Assembly (NCBI GenBank): GCA_950097015.1
Contig: CATNEN010000001.1
Coordinates: 12,586,001-12,650,000 of the forward strand
Direction of reading: 5' to 3'
DNA: 64,000 bases
Source: Macrostomum hystrix
Lineage: Eukaryota; Animalia; Platyhelminthes
Below the pieces are notes generated by a model. The model was not told the origin of the DNA and made no database searches. It worked only from the letters and a program-made list of their open reading frames with translations. Positions 1 to 13,464 of this stretch are shown here, piece after piece. A program made the translations under genes and the position numbers. Each line of letters opens with the position of its first letter. The first letter of the stretch is position 1.

Positions 1-1741
1 CACCCGTAACGAAAGTCATCGATTTATCGTTGCACCAAACATTCTACTTATTTATGTCATTGCATGTAATCCATAAAGTTTTAAATAAAGACCAGCAAGG
101 CAAAAATCATTATTTTTAAAGCATAAAAGTTACTTAAAGGAAAGGTTGAAGCGAAAATAGTTCGCTAAAATATTTTTTTAAACACATACTGCATAAAAAC
201 GGCAAAACAGCGTTTAAATTTTGTAGGGTACGAAGTGCAATGCCTTACACCAGTATCTAAATGTTTTACTTTGTTTAGAGTTACATAAAGTTTCCGGAAC
301 ATTTAACCTTTTCGACAGAAATCAACATGATAAATAATCGACCAATTTATAAATCTAATTGATGCAAAGTCATTGCATTCTGTTGCAAAAGCAGTATAAT
401 CGCACGAGTTCAACCTACTGAAACATCGATTTAGTTAATTCATCTACAAATATTATATATTTTTAATAAAAGTGTCTGAGCTTTCGTGTTCTGCTACAAA
501 GTAGGGAAACCGTAAGACTTTCTGGTATATTAGGTCTTAATTTAATAATTCTCGAAAAACCAAGGTATTCCAAATAATTAGCTACGAAACACATTATTTT
601 CCTTTCTTGAAGATCGGCTCGATATTACCCGCAACTTACGTATGTAAACCGTAACGTACTCGTAGCGTTTGAGTTTAAAAAAACAAAATCGTAATAAAGG
701 TATAGGCTACTTAATACTGCTTTGAAAAAAACAAATAATTATGTTCTTAGACATATACATAAAGAAGGCTCTGCAGATTTTTTTGGCGCGGTTTAAATAA
801 TTTCAGATGCATGTTCGTCGGAGTTGTCCGCCATGTTGTTTTTAGCTTTTTCAAATTTTAATTTTGAACTGAATTTTAATTAATTTAGTAATTTAATTTT
901 CTCTTTGAATTCAACTGAAAGTGAAAGACAGGTAAATCGGGACAAAAAAGTACAAGATTGTACCAATTGCAATCATTCCACATTACTGTTACTTTTTCTA
1001 GATTATTGCCACTTTGGTAGCTAATTTCGTTCTTCGTAAATCGTAATTAAGGTTAAAAACAAAAATATTTGTATTGTTTACTTCACTCTTCACTTAGTTT
1101 TGGACAAATCAGAGTCATTTGCACAAGGTAATTAAAAACTCGATAAATGTCTAAACAATGTCAGTTGGAAAATAACATATGTCGCTATATGGCAAAATTA
1201 CATGGTTAATATGATGTAATATAACACTCTAGATAGCTAGTATTGAATAGGAAATATTATCTGACTATCTTTGGCAGGTTAGAAACTAGTTAACTCGGCA
1301 GTAAACCAGTACTATAGCTAGTGCCTATAAGCATTTACTCATATTTAGTTAACATTGAAGATGGGTTAATCCAAAATTTTGTTAGAGGTTGTGCCAGTGT
1401 GTATTAAATTAGAAACAGTTGTCCGACTATAATATTCACTTTTATTTATTAAGTTCTGCTGCTAGTTTCTTTGCATTTCTTGCTTAACAGTGTACCAAGC
1501 TCTGCAACTTTTTATGAAGCAACAGTCACTAATTTCATTTGGTCTTTAGACCTAGCCTCCTAGCCTACTTCCAGAGTCAAAAAGGTGGCTCTGTGTGCCA
1601 GAAAGAAATTATAAACAATGTAATAAGTGACATGCACCACCAATATAAGTAACTTTAACATTGAGTCAAGTAGGCTTTGGTAAATAGTAAATAAAGTAAA
1701 TAGTTAATAGGGCAAGATCTCAAAAAAACTAATGCATACTC

Positions 1742-2175
1742 GGCAATGTTTTACTTCCGTTCGTTATATTATTTTTTCGTTTGAATTGACATGGCTTTGC
1801 CGTGACTTGACACTTGGATCTATGTCTATGGCAAAATCTGGCAAATATGGGGGAACAGGAAGCTTAGGCACAGAAATTCTGCAGCTGAAGATTTTGTGAA
1901 GGCCAAGTTGCGTCAAATGCATGGCACGAATGCTGCTCTATTCGAAAGCCACCTCAAAGAATTCTTATGGCGCTGTCTATACCCCAAGAATAGCTTTGGT
2001 GCCCTCCTCTACTGGATTAGGCACTTACCCGGTTTGAAAGAAGAAAGACTGACCAAGACTTTTCAGAACTGTCTGATCAAACTACAGACTTATTGTTACC
2101 GTTAAACTTGTTTTTGTCGTTATCTGTCATTTGCAAATGAAAAAATAATATAACGAACGGAAGTAGAACATTGCC
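1742..2175 (+). mobile_element. Non-autonomous Merlin (IS1016/IS1595-like) DNA transposon, 434 bp
   Basis: ~42-bp TIRs (GGCAATGTTTTACTTCCGTTCGTTATATTATTTTTTC... / ...GAAAAAATAATATAACGAACGGAAGTAGAACATTGCC). GG...CC termini. Perfect 8-bp TSD GCATACTC at 1734-1741 and 2176-2183. Internal ORF remnant VKAKLRQMHGTNAALFESHLKEFLWR resembles the C-terminus of Merlin/IS1595 transposases. Confidence 0.88.
1896..2105 (+). pseudogene. Merlin-type DDE transposase C-terminal fragment
   Basis: Motif K..LR.MHGT....FESHL.EFLWR. It lies inside the TIR/TSD-bounded element and lacks the N-terminal catalytic region. Confidence 0.75.
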
Positions 2176-2335
2176 GCATACTCTTTGCACATAAAGGCTT
2201 CTTTCCAGTGGACCTTGAACTTAAGATCAATATTTATATCGTAAATAGTGAAATTGAAATCTTGAAATCAATCACTTGTGAAGGTATTCGACTGAGATTA
2301 GTGGCAATCCATTGGAGGATTAGAGAAGTCAGTGC

Positions 2336-2641
2336 CAATTGCAGTGCCACGCTTGGCCTCAACTACATTATTTTCGCACTACAAAGACTATACTTAATTA
2401 CTATTGTAGCCCGATTTATAAACTTGAACTGGAGCTTGTGGGCACCTATTGCCGTTTAGGAAAATTCAAGAAACCAACAATTGCAGTGCCACGCTTGGCC
2501 TCAACTACATTATTTTCGCACTACAAAGACTATACTTAATTACTATTGTAGCCCGATTTATAAACTTGAACTGGAGCTTGTGGGCACCTATTGCCGTTTA
2601 GGAAAATTCAAGAAACCAACAATTGGTGCCACGCTTGGCCT
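2336..2641. repeat. 142-bp tandem duplication (2 copies plus a partial third)
   Basis: CAATTGCAGTGCCACGCTTGGCCTCAAC... recurs at 2336 and 2478 and partially at 2620. A further related piece lies at ~2760-2830. Confidence 0.85.
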
Positions 2642-4108
2642 TAAATGCATGCGTTTCGCAGCCAGTTTCCCAGTTTCCCCAGTTTCTCCAGTTTCCATGG
2701 AGAGACCTGGCGTATATTGTTGTTGTTGTTGTTGTTGTTTTGCAGCACACAGACTACGTAATTATTACTATTGTAGCCAGAGTTATAAACTTTAACTGGG
2801 GCTCGAGCTTGTGGGCACCTATTGCCGTTTGCATGCACTTGTCACCACTGTCTGCTGTTGTTTGTGTCTCATGCTTGGTTTGCGTGCGACTGGGTTGGGC
2901 CGTCTGTCTGGGATCCCCCAAATCCCCAGCCCTGCAGGGTCTGGAAATTAGACTGCATGAACGCATATATAAGGAGCCGCGATATCAGACTGGTTCTTTA
3001 CTGTGTGTTTCAATTCTGGCCTTACTTCTGCCTTTGAGTTATTACAACTTACTTAAGAAGCCGTTTACAAATTATCAGTAAGATATATACATGTAGCTTG
3101 TGGATGCACAGCACGATTTTGTGAATGTCACACAGATATGACATCCCTCAGAGAAACGGAAATTAAAGGGAACCATTCGTCATGAACATATATATACTCA
3201 TCTATGAGCAAAATGAGGTGCTACGAAGCCAATAATGAGGTAAGTCAGAGTTTAACGAACACTGACCATATCAATACAATAAATATGTGTGTGTATCTGG
3301 CTTAACCTAGTCAGTACAACTACTGTACTGTACTTTATATGTTTGTCAGTAGATGAACCCGAGATATTAATATTAATTAGGCCATATAGTGCAGCTTCGA
3401 CTACATTTAGCACTGGTGTCACAGTGTGGCAGCGATGGTTAGAGGAGAGAGTCAGACTGTCATTGGTCCCACTCTGATGGATGCATTTTTCCACCTGGTA
3501 GAATCCACCTGGCGGATTCACTTATGTATTCAATTTCAAATTCAGTTGCCTCTCCAAATAAAAGAAATGTTGGGGTACACACAGAACACACAGATGTCAT
3601 ATTTTCTAGAATGTGCAACCGTCACTTTTGCAGTCTCACAGAAATAAAAGAAAATTTTTTATGAACAAAAGTATACTTTTAATAATTATTGCAGCATGAA
3701 GATTTGTGCTGCTGTTTAAAAAATTAATAACTAGCGATAAACTTCAAAGTTTACTTACAAAAATTAGTTGGATTACATAGAAAAGAATTAGCGTAGTGGT
3801 TGAAATGATGACGCAAAAAGCTAGAACACAATTCCACATGATATGACGAAGTACAATGACGCATTAAAAATGAAACATTTTCGCCTTGAAAATGACGAAA
3901 TATCTGCTCAAATTCTAATCGTTTGTGTGATTGACAGTTTCATTGATGCCAATGAAACCGGTGAATCATTTTCTTAGAAAGCACTTTGAGCTTTGAAGTA
4001 TATGAGCCCTATTATGAATGATTTGTAGTAAACAGTTCGATTAGGATTTTGACAGAGTCGTAACCTTTTCTTGGAGTCGTAGCCAGAATCACAGCACAGC
4101 AGTACAAG

Positions 4109-4280
4109 AATGAGCACAGAGAAGCAATAATGAGCACAGATAAGCAATAATGAGCACAGACAAGCAATAATGAGCACAGACAAGCAATAATGAGCACAGA
4201 CAAGCAATAATGAGCACAAATAAGCAATAATGAGCACAGATAAGCAATAATGAGCACAGACAAGCAATAATTAGCACAGA
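4109..4280. repeat. 20-bp minisatellite (ATGAGCACAGACAAGCAATA)n
   Basis: Direct tandem copies. Confidence 0.9.
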
Positions 4281-4389
4281 TTAAGCAGGAGCACATACAA
4301 AAGCGGGCGCAACAGGAGAAAGATTCAGTCTTGCGAGACAGCTTGCCACCTGTCTCACTGAGGTCAGTCCAGGGTTTGCACTTTCTCAA

Positions 4390-4700
4390 CTCAGTCATAG
4401 CTCTCAGTTTCCTCAGTAAATCAGTCATAGCTCTCAGTTACCTCAGTAAATCAGTCATAGCTCTCAGTTTCCTCAGTAAATCAGTCATAGCTCCCAGTTA
4501 CCTCAGTAAATCAGTCATAGCCCTCAGTTACCTCAGTAAATCAGTCATAGCTCTCAGTTTCCTCAGTAAATCAGTCATAGCTCCCAGTTCCCTCAGTAAA
4601 TCAGTCATAGCTCCCAGTTACCTCAGTAAATCAGTCATAGCCCTCAGTAAATCAGTCATAGCTCCCAGTTCCCCCAGTAAATCAGTCATAGCTCTCAGTT
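4390..4700. repeat. 30-bp minisatellite (TCAGTCATAGCTCTCAGTTTCCTCAGTAAA)n
   Basis: Direct tandem copies; these explain the SKSVIAL-repeat ORF. Confidence 0.9.
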
Positions 4701-5994
4701 CACTCATTAAATGGGTCATGCAAGAAGGTAAGCTCATTATACAGCTCATGAATACTAGCTGTTCATGGAGAATATTTGCGCCAATTAGTTTTGTATCGGC
4801 CATTTCGAAGTCCTAAAGAACAAAATGGCTTTGATGACCGCAACGCCATTGCTGATTGTTAGAATTGTAAAACAATGAAGACAAGAAACCCAGTTCATGA
4901 CCTAGTTTTGTCAACAGAACAGAGTTAAAGACACGAACAGTTTTTGTCAAACATTATTAGAAAGCCAATAATAGGCATTTAAGTGCATATATATTAACGT
5001 TTATTTTCATTAGCTTATTAATGCAAACAGAGAAAGGTGACACTTGTATATGCATATTCAATAACTACTGGCCTGTAAGACAAATTGTTCCGCACACGAA
5101 GTTGTCAGTTCCGAGATGTCACTCACAGAGATGAAACTAAATATGTTGTACAACATATTGTGTGATATGCAAGCTAATCAGATACTTTATACAGTACACA
5201 GTGTAACTTGTCACACATAAGAATATTACACACTTTAACAAAACCAAGAAATGAAATTGTTATAAGCCAGAGTTGTAGCTTTGCACAGCAAAAACTGACG
5301 CAACTCAACAGCTGGGCCTAGCGTGCATTTAGCTAAATAATATGGAGTCGAGTAGAGAAAAACAACAAACAACGGAAAGTGTGGAAAAACCGCACAATAG
5401 CTGAAGGCAGGGACTAAAAAACTAATGTTAATAATAATAATCTCCATACTACAGTAGGCACCGAGATAGCGTATAGATATTAATAATCTAATAGTGCGAA
5501 TAATTGATACTAAAGTTTAAGTCTCCAATTATCTTGCGATCGCGACCTAATCATTGGCACCGTGGCCTCTCTAAGCAATAAGAGCATGAAGTATCTAAAT
5601 CAATAGAATGCTGCTATATAGAGCACTGAACCATTAGTATCGGATGCTTTGTTACTAAAAACGGTTTACTAAAAATGATTAGCCAACTAGTGAAACATCG
5701 TCTTCGTCATTACTTGGCGAGGCCAGCATGTCCAATACGAAATGATCGTCATCAAGAAGATTTGGCCGGTCTAAGTCTTTCACTTTAAATTTTCACTTAA
5801 TCTTTCACTATTATCACTTTAAATTTACAGGCCTTTTATAGCTGAAAAGCCTTATAGCCTCATTTGAACCATCTTTTTGAACCATTAAACCATTAACCAT
5901 TAATTAGCCTCATTTGAACCATTAATTTGAACCATTAAACAGCCGCATATTTGCAGATCGTAGGCGCCGTAGGCGCCGCCGTTCAGCAGCGACT

Positions 5995-6029
<35 letters not shown>

Positions 6030-8347
6030 AGCATCCATTCTGCAACAATGCATTAAATGCTTTAAATGAAATTTAAAATTAGGAGATAATTTCAATTAGG
6101 AAAATAGAATTCCAACTTAGAAGTAGGATTAAAGGAATAATTTCGAAAATTAGAATGATGATTGGGAGGCAATGAAAGTTAACAGTTTCCCCGAGCGAAA
6201 GTTTTTTATAAGTAAGCAATAACAATAATGTGTCCTAAAGCATGCTCTGTAGAAAAGTTGGCCCATTTAAATGAGCATTGGAAAGTCATAATTCGAATGA
6301 GATTTTATACGACCGAGCAACAACAGTTACGTTATGAAACGACTTGCTTTCTAGGAAAGATGGTTTCTGCACTGTATGTTATGAGGGACCATTTAAATTA
6401 ACGTTTCGCTGTCATTTTCTTTGAGAACAAGGGTACGTCAAGTTTACAAGTTATAAATAGCTTGTTTCACAGTATAAAAGCGAGGCATAATGTGAAAGCG
6501 GAGAATATTGAAATTTAGCAGAATACAATACGAAGTAATGTGCAGAGCTGGACAAGTGTTACTGCTAATCACAGGCTTGGGGAGGTAGTATGAGTCTGTT
6601 GTTTGTTTTATGTTTGACTTGCACATTCGAAGTGTTTAACTCAAACAATATGAATCTACTGCTCTCAACCCAGTGCCACTGTCCTAACTTGTCAGCTCGG
6701 CTCATAGCTAATATGTGACCTGCTATGATCATCACTAAATGAATGCACCCACATTCCATTTATGTATTAAAATGTAGACCTCTAAGAGTATTAAGTTTCA
6801 GTGTATTATAAATAGTGAGCTATCCAAGCCTTTTTACATAGGCTACAGAGTTTATGCTTATCTTAACAAGATATTAAAATTAGAATAAAAAACCTGTATA
6901 TTGGGTCCATTAGTCTATATGCATAGCTTATTGGCTGGCAACTTGTCATAATTGTATAGAAACAATGAATTATTCTAAATGAAATTGGGACCCAGGAATA
7001 TAAATTCTTATTAAGATTACCAAGCAACTACTGGGATATGGGATCTATGAGCTGGGAGCCTAGGATCAAGGACTAGTGTTGCCATTGCAGTTTGGCCTTT
7101 TTTCTGTAGCTCTAAGAAAATTCTGTATAGGGCTTAATTCTATGATTGAATTGATAATTAGTGGAATATGTAATCCAAAGTAAACTAATTGACTATTGTA
7201 TATCCACTTCCAAAAATGGTATGATCAGTATGGTATACTTGCCAATTTGCACCCACTTCATAGGTCACATATTTAAAAGAATTGTGCTTTTATATGAAAG
7301 ATCTAATAAAATGAGGGGAAGAAATAAGAAAATTGGAACCAAAGTCTAACATCTGTCATCTATAGGGTAATGTATCATCAACCCAACAAGAATGTGTATT
7401 TTTTAACTTCGAACCTAAGCTACAGATTTTCTATTTAAGATATGATGATAAATCAAAAGCCAAGTTATAGAAAACAGTTACATTTTTCTAAAAAGTGTCT
7501 GCTTTTTCTATTTTGTCAAATAGAAAAAAGTTATTCTGTTTTTCATCTAAAACCGAACAATGATTTTCATGTATCTTCAAACCAAATGGAGAAGTTGGTG
7601 TTTGGTTTCACAATTTGAGTGAGTGGTTTAATCTTATTTTGCCATATGAAGTGCTGTCAAAGTGTAGACTACAATTCTGTGTAAGCTAGAAGGATAGGAA
7701 TGTGAGGGATGGGAATGTGAGTGAATAGGAATGGGAGGAAGGGAAAAGGATCCCTGTGGCCCCGTGGCACTTGGGTGCCGCAGCCCCTCATGCAGCAGCT
7801 ACATGAGTTTAATACTCTGGCACCTTCTATTTGCTGCTGAGCATAGCTCACACAGGTAGGAAACATTGGCAACTATAAAAATTTCTGCTACATATTTTTA
7901 ATGCCATCCAAACAAAAATAACTGCCTATGTCCCATAGCTACTGAACTTGAGCTCTGAGTGAGCATGGACATGGTCAGGTTTATTAAATGTTTTTAGTGG
8001 GATCACATTTTTCACATTGCTTGAATGGGGAGTAGGTTATCTAGGGAATATAAGATCTATGGACACTGACCTATTAGGACAGGGTTGGTAACCATTTTTA
8101 TCTTGTAGGCCAGATAGAGATTTGAGCACATGGGTCATGGCTTATGAACACATGGAAGAAGTGGAAGTGTAAGTAGAAGAGTAGAAGCTTAGAGGGTGGA
8201 GTGGAGAGGAGGCTGCATTGGGTGGGGTTGGGTTTGGTAGATTTGGGCTAGATTTAGTAAGCCATGCAAGTAAAGTATGGGGTAGATATCTGCTCTTGTC
8301 CTGTCTGTCTACCTGTCTGTCTGCCTGCCTGCCTGCCTGCTTGCCTG

Positions 8348-8687
8348 AGGGCACTGGTCCCCTCTATAACAGGGGGGCACTGACCCCTCTCTAGCAGGGA
8401 GGGCACTGATCACTCTAGCAGGGAGGGCACTGATCACTCTAGCAGGGAGGGCACTGACCCCTCTCTAGCAGGGAGGGCACTGATCACTCTAGCAGGGAGG
8501 GAACTGGCCCCTCTAGCAGGGAGGGCACTGACCCCTCTCTAGCAGGGAGGGCACTGACCCCTCTCTAGCAGGGAGGGCACTGATCACTCTAGCAGGGAGG
8601 GAACTGGCCCCTCTAGCAGGGAGGGCACTGACCTCTCTCTAGCAGGGAGGGCACTGACCCCTCTCTAGCAAGGAGGGCACTGACCAC
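8348..8687. repeat. ~24-26-bp minisatellite (GGGCACTGACCCCTCTCTAGCAGGGA)n
   Basis: Direct tandem copies. Confidence 0.9.
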
Positions 8688-9684
8688 TTTCCAATCCCAC
8701 GATCCCCTTTCCAATCCCATGATCTCAATTCTAATCCCATGATCTCAATTCTCTCCTCTCTGCCCCTTACTCCCTCCTGTCTGCCCGAATTAAACAATGA
8801 ACAATATAAACAATCCACAATACGAAAATAGTCAATAATATAGTCAACAAAATTAGCTATTTTTAATAAAAGAAACGAAATAATGATGTTTAGTTGTTCC
8901 TTGGTCTTTAATAAAGAGGAGAGTTAGGGAGAATGCGATGAGAATATGTTCTTCTCAGAGTTCTTCTGTTTTTCTCAATCTCAGATAGTCTTTGCAAAGC
9001 TCAACGTTATAAAAATAAAGATGGACTAAAGTTTATTAGATTCGATAAACAATTTTCTTTCTTAGTAGAATCAACAAGTCCACTGTCTAAGTCCACTGAA
9101 CGAGCGTCTTTGTTCTGGTCTTGTGTTAAATAGATGGTGTGATATGCAGGACACCATAATAGGCAAGCCAGGAGCCTCAAGACAGACAGGACACGCGATT
9201 ATGGGGTTTGGGAAATGGGGTGGGTGTCATTAAATGAATCACAGCGAATCGCACGCGAATATGGGGTTTTGGGAATGGGGTGGGTGTTAAATGACTGACA
9301 AATATTTTTGGTTTGGAAGGATCGATAAATTAAACGGCCGTTAGTTTGGCTCGGTGTGAGAAGGGTTTAGTCAAAGGACCCCTATATAGCAGCATCTGCA
9401 CTGGAAGCTAAACGGAAAAGTTAAGTTAGTAGTCAAAATTAGTAGTTATTTGCAAGGACTACTAGAGTAGAATGTCGCGACACTTAAAGGCTGTAAATTT
9501 TATTAAAGGCCACTTTTCTAAGCGATGTCTTTTTTAAACGGATGCACATAGAAATTTACTTTTTTCGCTGGGACCTTCGAAATTTATTGCCCTTGAAGAT
9601 AAAATACATTTGCGTCTGGATAAACATATTTTTTAAACTCGCTAATCTGATGGCCCCTGCTACCCCACCACCCCTGCTACCCCT

Positions 9685-9935
9685 GATGTGGGATAACTGC
9701 TGATGTGGGATAACTGCTGAAGTGGGATAACTGCTGCACTGGGAAAACTGCAGAAGTTGAATTACTGATGAAGTTAGATAACTGCTGACATTGGATAACT
9801 GCTGAAGTAAGATAACAGGTTATGTGGGATTACTCCTGAAGTGGGCTATCTGATGAAATGGGATTTCTGCCGACATGGGATAACTGTAGATGGGGGATAA
9901 CTGGTGAAAGGGGATAGCTGCTTAAAGGGATATCT
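9685..9935. repeat. Degenerate ~17-19-bp repeat (GGGATAACTGCTGAAGT)n
   Basis: Repeated GGGATAACTG core; related units at ~10475-10562. Confidence 0.7.
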
Positions 9936-10175
9936 GACGAAGTGACGAATTTAGTTAGTGACGAATTTTTGAATAACTGAATAACTCGGGGCGGCTTAAT
10001 TGCTAGTCACATTTTAAAATTTAAATTTGGACTGGAAGCGGAGCTCATTTCTTCCTTTTTTCTAAGACTTGTGGCCAATGAAATTGCCCGATTTACACAG
10101 GGGCAGGGCAGATAGACAGGATCAGGCACACATAGACAGAAAATAGCGTATTTATTTGTTGGCAGAAGCCAGAAC

Positions 10176-11275
10176 TCACCAGAAAGCGATGCCCCCACCA
10201 CCGGGCCCGCCCGGGCCCCACTGCCACGGTGGCGGCATAAATCCAAAAGTTCTGCAAAATACAAGGCCTTCTGGCAATTGAATTGATTTAGAGAATTCCA
10301 TCATTAGCTGTGAATCTGACAAAAAATTAACTCACCCTCGGCAATAGGCCGTTAAGCTTCTTAGCTTTACCTGCTCCATTAGGAGCAGGTAGGCTCGCAC
10401 GCTGTCTCTCTGCAAATTTTAAAAACGAAAAATATAGAGCAAGGACGAAGGACGGTTGTTAGTACAATCCTGTATAACTGATAAACGGGGATAACTCATG
10501 AAATGGGATAACTAATGAACGGGGATGATTGCATGATAAAGTCAATAACTGAAGAAGTGGGATTTTGGAGAAGGATTTGGGATCAGAGAAGGACTTTGGA
10601 TCTGGGATTAAAGCTGTAAATCCCAAAACCCCGAATCAACGAATAAATGCATATTTCTGCTATTGACAGCACTGAAGAATTAATTTATAAAGTTAGGAGG
10701 GTCACTGTCAACAGCACTATTTAAAGGCACAGAAACTCACATTCATCTTCCAATTTCGCCACTTGCGGCCTCCCCGATGATGAGGGCGGCCGCGGCGAAT
10801 CTGCTGCTGGGGATGGGGGGGAGGGTGGGCTGGGCCTGGGTTTGGGTTGGGGAGGGATGGGACGGGCTGGACGGGGGGGTTGGCCGACTGGGGCAGGGGT
10901 GGTAAGGGTGGGTTGTGGGCCTGGGTTGGGTTGAGGAGGGATGGGGCGGGCTGGACGGGGCGGTTGGCCGATTGGGGCAGGGGTGGTGAGGGTGGGTTGT
11001 GGGCCTGGGTTGGGTTGAGGAGGGATGGGGCGGGCTGGAAGGTTGGGTTGGGCGGGGAGAAGAGGGCGGACTGGGGCAGGGGCAGGCTGGGTTGGGATCG
11101 GGGGGGGAACACCGGCCACCCGGGCATATGAAGCCCTGGTGGCCGGCCTGGACGGTGGCGGCGATGGCGGAGGCGTTGGCGGTGGCGGGGGGCGGGGCGG
11201 GGGGCGTGGCGGGGCCCGCAAGGGCCGGGCGTCGGCCCGACCCTTCTTGCGGCCGGCCGACTTTTTCTTTGATGC
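10176..11275 (-). CDS. Hypothetical spliced proline-rich protein (candidate exons 11275-10741, 10409-10336, 10251-10176)
   Basis: GC-rich blocks in AT-rich DNA, each bounded by good tttcag/ttgcag acceptors and GTGAGT donors. Phases join into ...PPPHPQQQIRRGRPHHRGGRKWRNWKMN-RDSVRAYLLLMEQVKLRSLTAYCRG-TFGFMPPPWQWGPGGPGGGGIAFW*. AATAAA follows ~20 nt after the stop. No recognised homology; start uncertain. Confidence 0.35.
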
Positions 11276-12088
11276 CTGAAATTATGTATTGCAAAACTCG
11301 GTAATCACGCAAATTATGTTTCTTGGAAATTAACAAACATGATTCAAGGAAGTGTTGTACCAGTAAACTAACGGTGAGGTAGCTATAGCAGTATATGTAA
11401 GTTATAGGTGAGTTTGTCAGTTCAAATATTACCTGGCCTCTTTGGACACATGAAAGAGTTTTTCTTTTCTAAGAAAATACCAAAACTTTGCCACTTAATA
11501 GCTTTATTGTTTAAGATAATCATACTTGATTTTCTTCATCAAATTCTTAAATTTTTTCTTTGACTTTACTAAGTTTAATTTTACTCTAAAAGTTGGGTAA
11601 AGTTTAGCACTTTAATATACCAATGATCTAATATCATGCATAGAAGGACAAATAATTTGGTTTCTGCATTAAAAAATTCGAATTTTTATATAAAAAATTA
11701 GATAGAAAGTCAGATACAACAAACAGTAGTACTAATGTAGGATCACATATATCATTTGTGTGAATTATCTATGTGAGTTTCTTGTAAACATTTGCTATAG
11801 CATAGCTATAGCTATGCCCTATGCGAATCTTTAAAAAATTAAAGTCTCTTTTGAAGAGGACAGAACAGAAGTAGCTAGTCCTATATGAAGAAACTAATTT
11901 CTTAGCTTAAATTTAGCTATTATATGTTTTTATTGGAATAAATGTTACAGTTACAACCCTATTTGGCTAGAGGAATTCCTTCAGTTTAAGGATGGAATAA
12001 ATATTTATAAGCTATGCCTATAATCAGTGCTGCTCTTATTTTCATAGACCAAATTTAATAATTTAATAACTAAAAATTTTCTCTCCTT

Positions 12089-12208
12089 GCTATCTAATTA
12101 TATCTATGTTATCTATGTTATCTATCTAATTATATCTATGTTATCTATGTTATCTATCTAATTATATCTATGTTATCTATGTTATCTATCTAATTATATC
12201 TATGTTAT
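12089..12208. repeat. AT-rich tandem repeat built on TATCTATGT/TATCTAAT units
   Basis: Direct tandem copies. Confidence 0.8.
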
Positions 12209-13464
12209 AACTAGGCATAAATTCAAAATTATGGCTTTTTAGTCTAAAAATGAGAACTATACACTCAATATAGTTACCCAGGGTTTGAAAAAGAGTTGAA
12301 TATTTTTTTCAAGTTTTGTATTCCTTGAATGAACTTATTTAGTCTCCAAAAAGACAAAGTCTTGAGTAGACCTTCTAGTCAAACAAAAACTTTTCAATTG
12401 TTTCAGAATTCAAGTAAATGTCTTGTAACCCTTTTATTATGCAAGATAATTTCATGAATTTTGTCCACATGAAGATAACATGAATGAAATTAGAAATAAC
12501 AAATAAAAAGCAAGTAGAACATGATTCAAAAGGGAAAAATAATGGCTCTAGGAATATAGTCAGGCTATAACATTGCTTTGTATCAATTTTTCTTATGTGT
12601 ATATTGAACTAGCAAAGTGAAATAATAATTTAAGATCAAATAGTAGAGTAGACTATATAGCTACTTGTTTAGAAAGGGAAGCAAATAATTATTTTGTATA
12701 TGTTGGTATATGTAAAACATAATATATATTGGTAATTTTTAACTGGAATTGGCTCTCTATTGTAAACATTTTTATAATGCTAGAATACAAGGTTATCACC
12801 TTGTATAGTAGCAAAATAACTGTATACAAAAGATTATCAGGCACACCAGATGGCAAATATGGATCTCAGATTTAAATAGTGAGTTGACAGCTGACCCTAC
12901 CTATATTTTTATCCATTTTTGCCAAGCGAGAAGGTTTCCAGAAGTGCCCATAGATTTAGAGTGCAAGGTATTCAGAGCTTTGGTCAATTTTTAAGACTTT
13001 AGCTTCACAGCACTATGTTAAATGCAAGTGGTTAAAATGAATACAGCACATAATAGCTATATCAATCTACATTAAAAAGCTTTCTACTGAGGCTTACAGC
13101 ACTTCTAAAGAGTGCAATGTACATTATCCTCATTGATTTTAATAGCACATCTATAAAGTGCAATATACTGAACTGTTTTATTTAACAATTTGCAGTCTAG
13201 TCTATCTAGGAAAAAGATGGACTGTCCTACTGTTTGGCTGTTGTGAGATAACATGTTCTTCAGCAGCACTTTGCTGTGTCATATGTGACAGGCTTGGTAA
13301 TGAAAATTGTAAAGGTACCTGAGGAGGTACTTGAGACTCAGATATCTGTATTTCATGTGGCAATAACATACCTGGGTAATAATTCTGCGAAAACTGAGCA
13401 AGACCTAGGTGACTATGTATTACTTGATTTTGAGAACTTCTAAGTTGCTGCAAATGAATGTCTT

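Noticed and set aside
5680-6050. Small minus-strand gene (MDAPPPPP... plus an acidic tail)
   Set aside because: Frames are interrupted by stops and local duplications, with no consistent splice model; likely a GGC microsatellite or decayed sequence.
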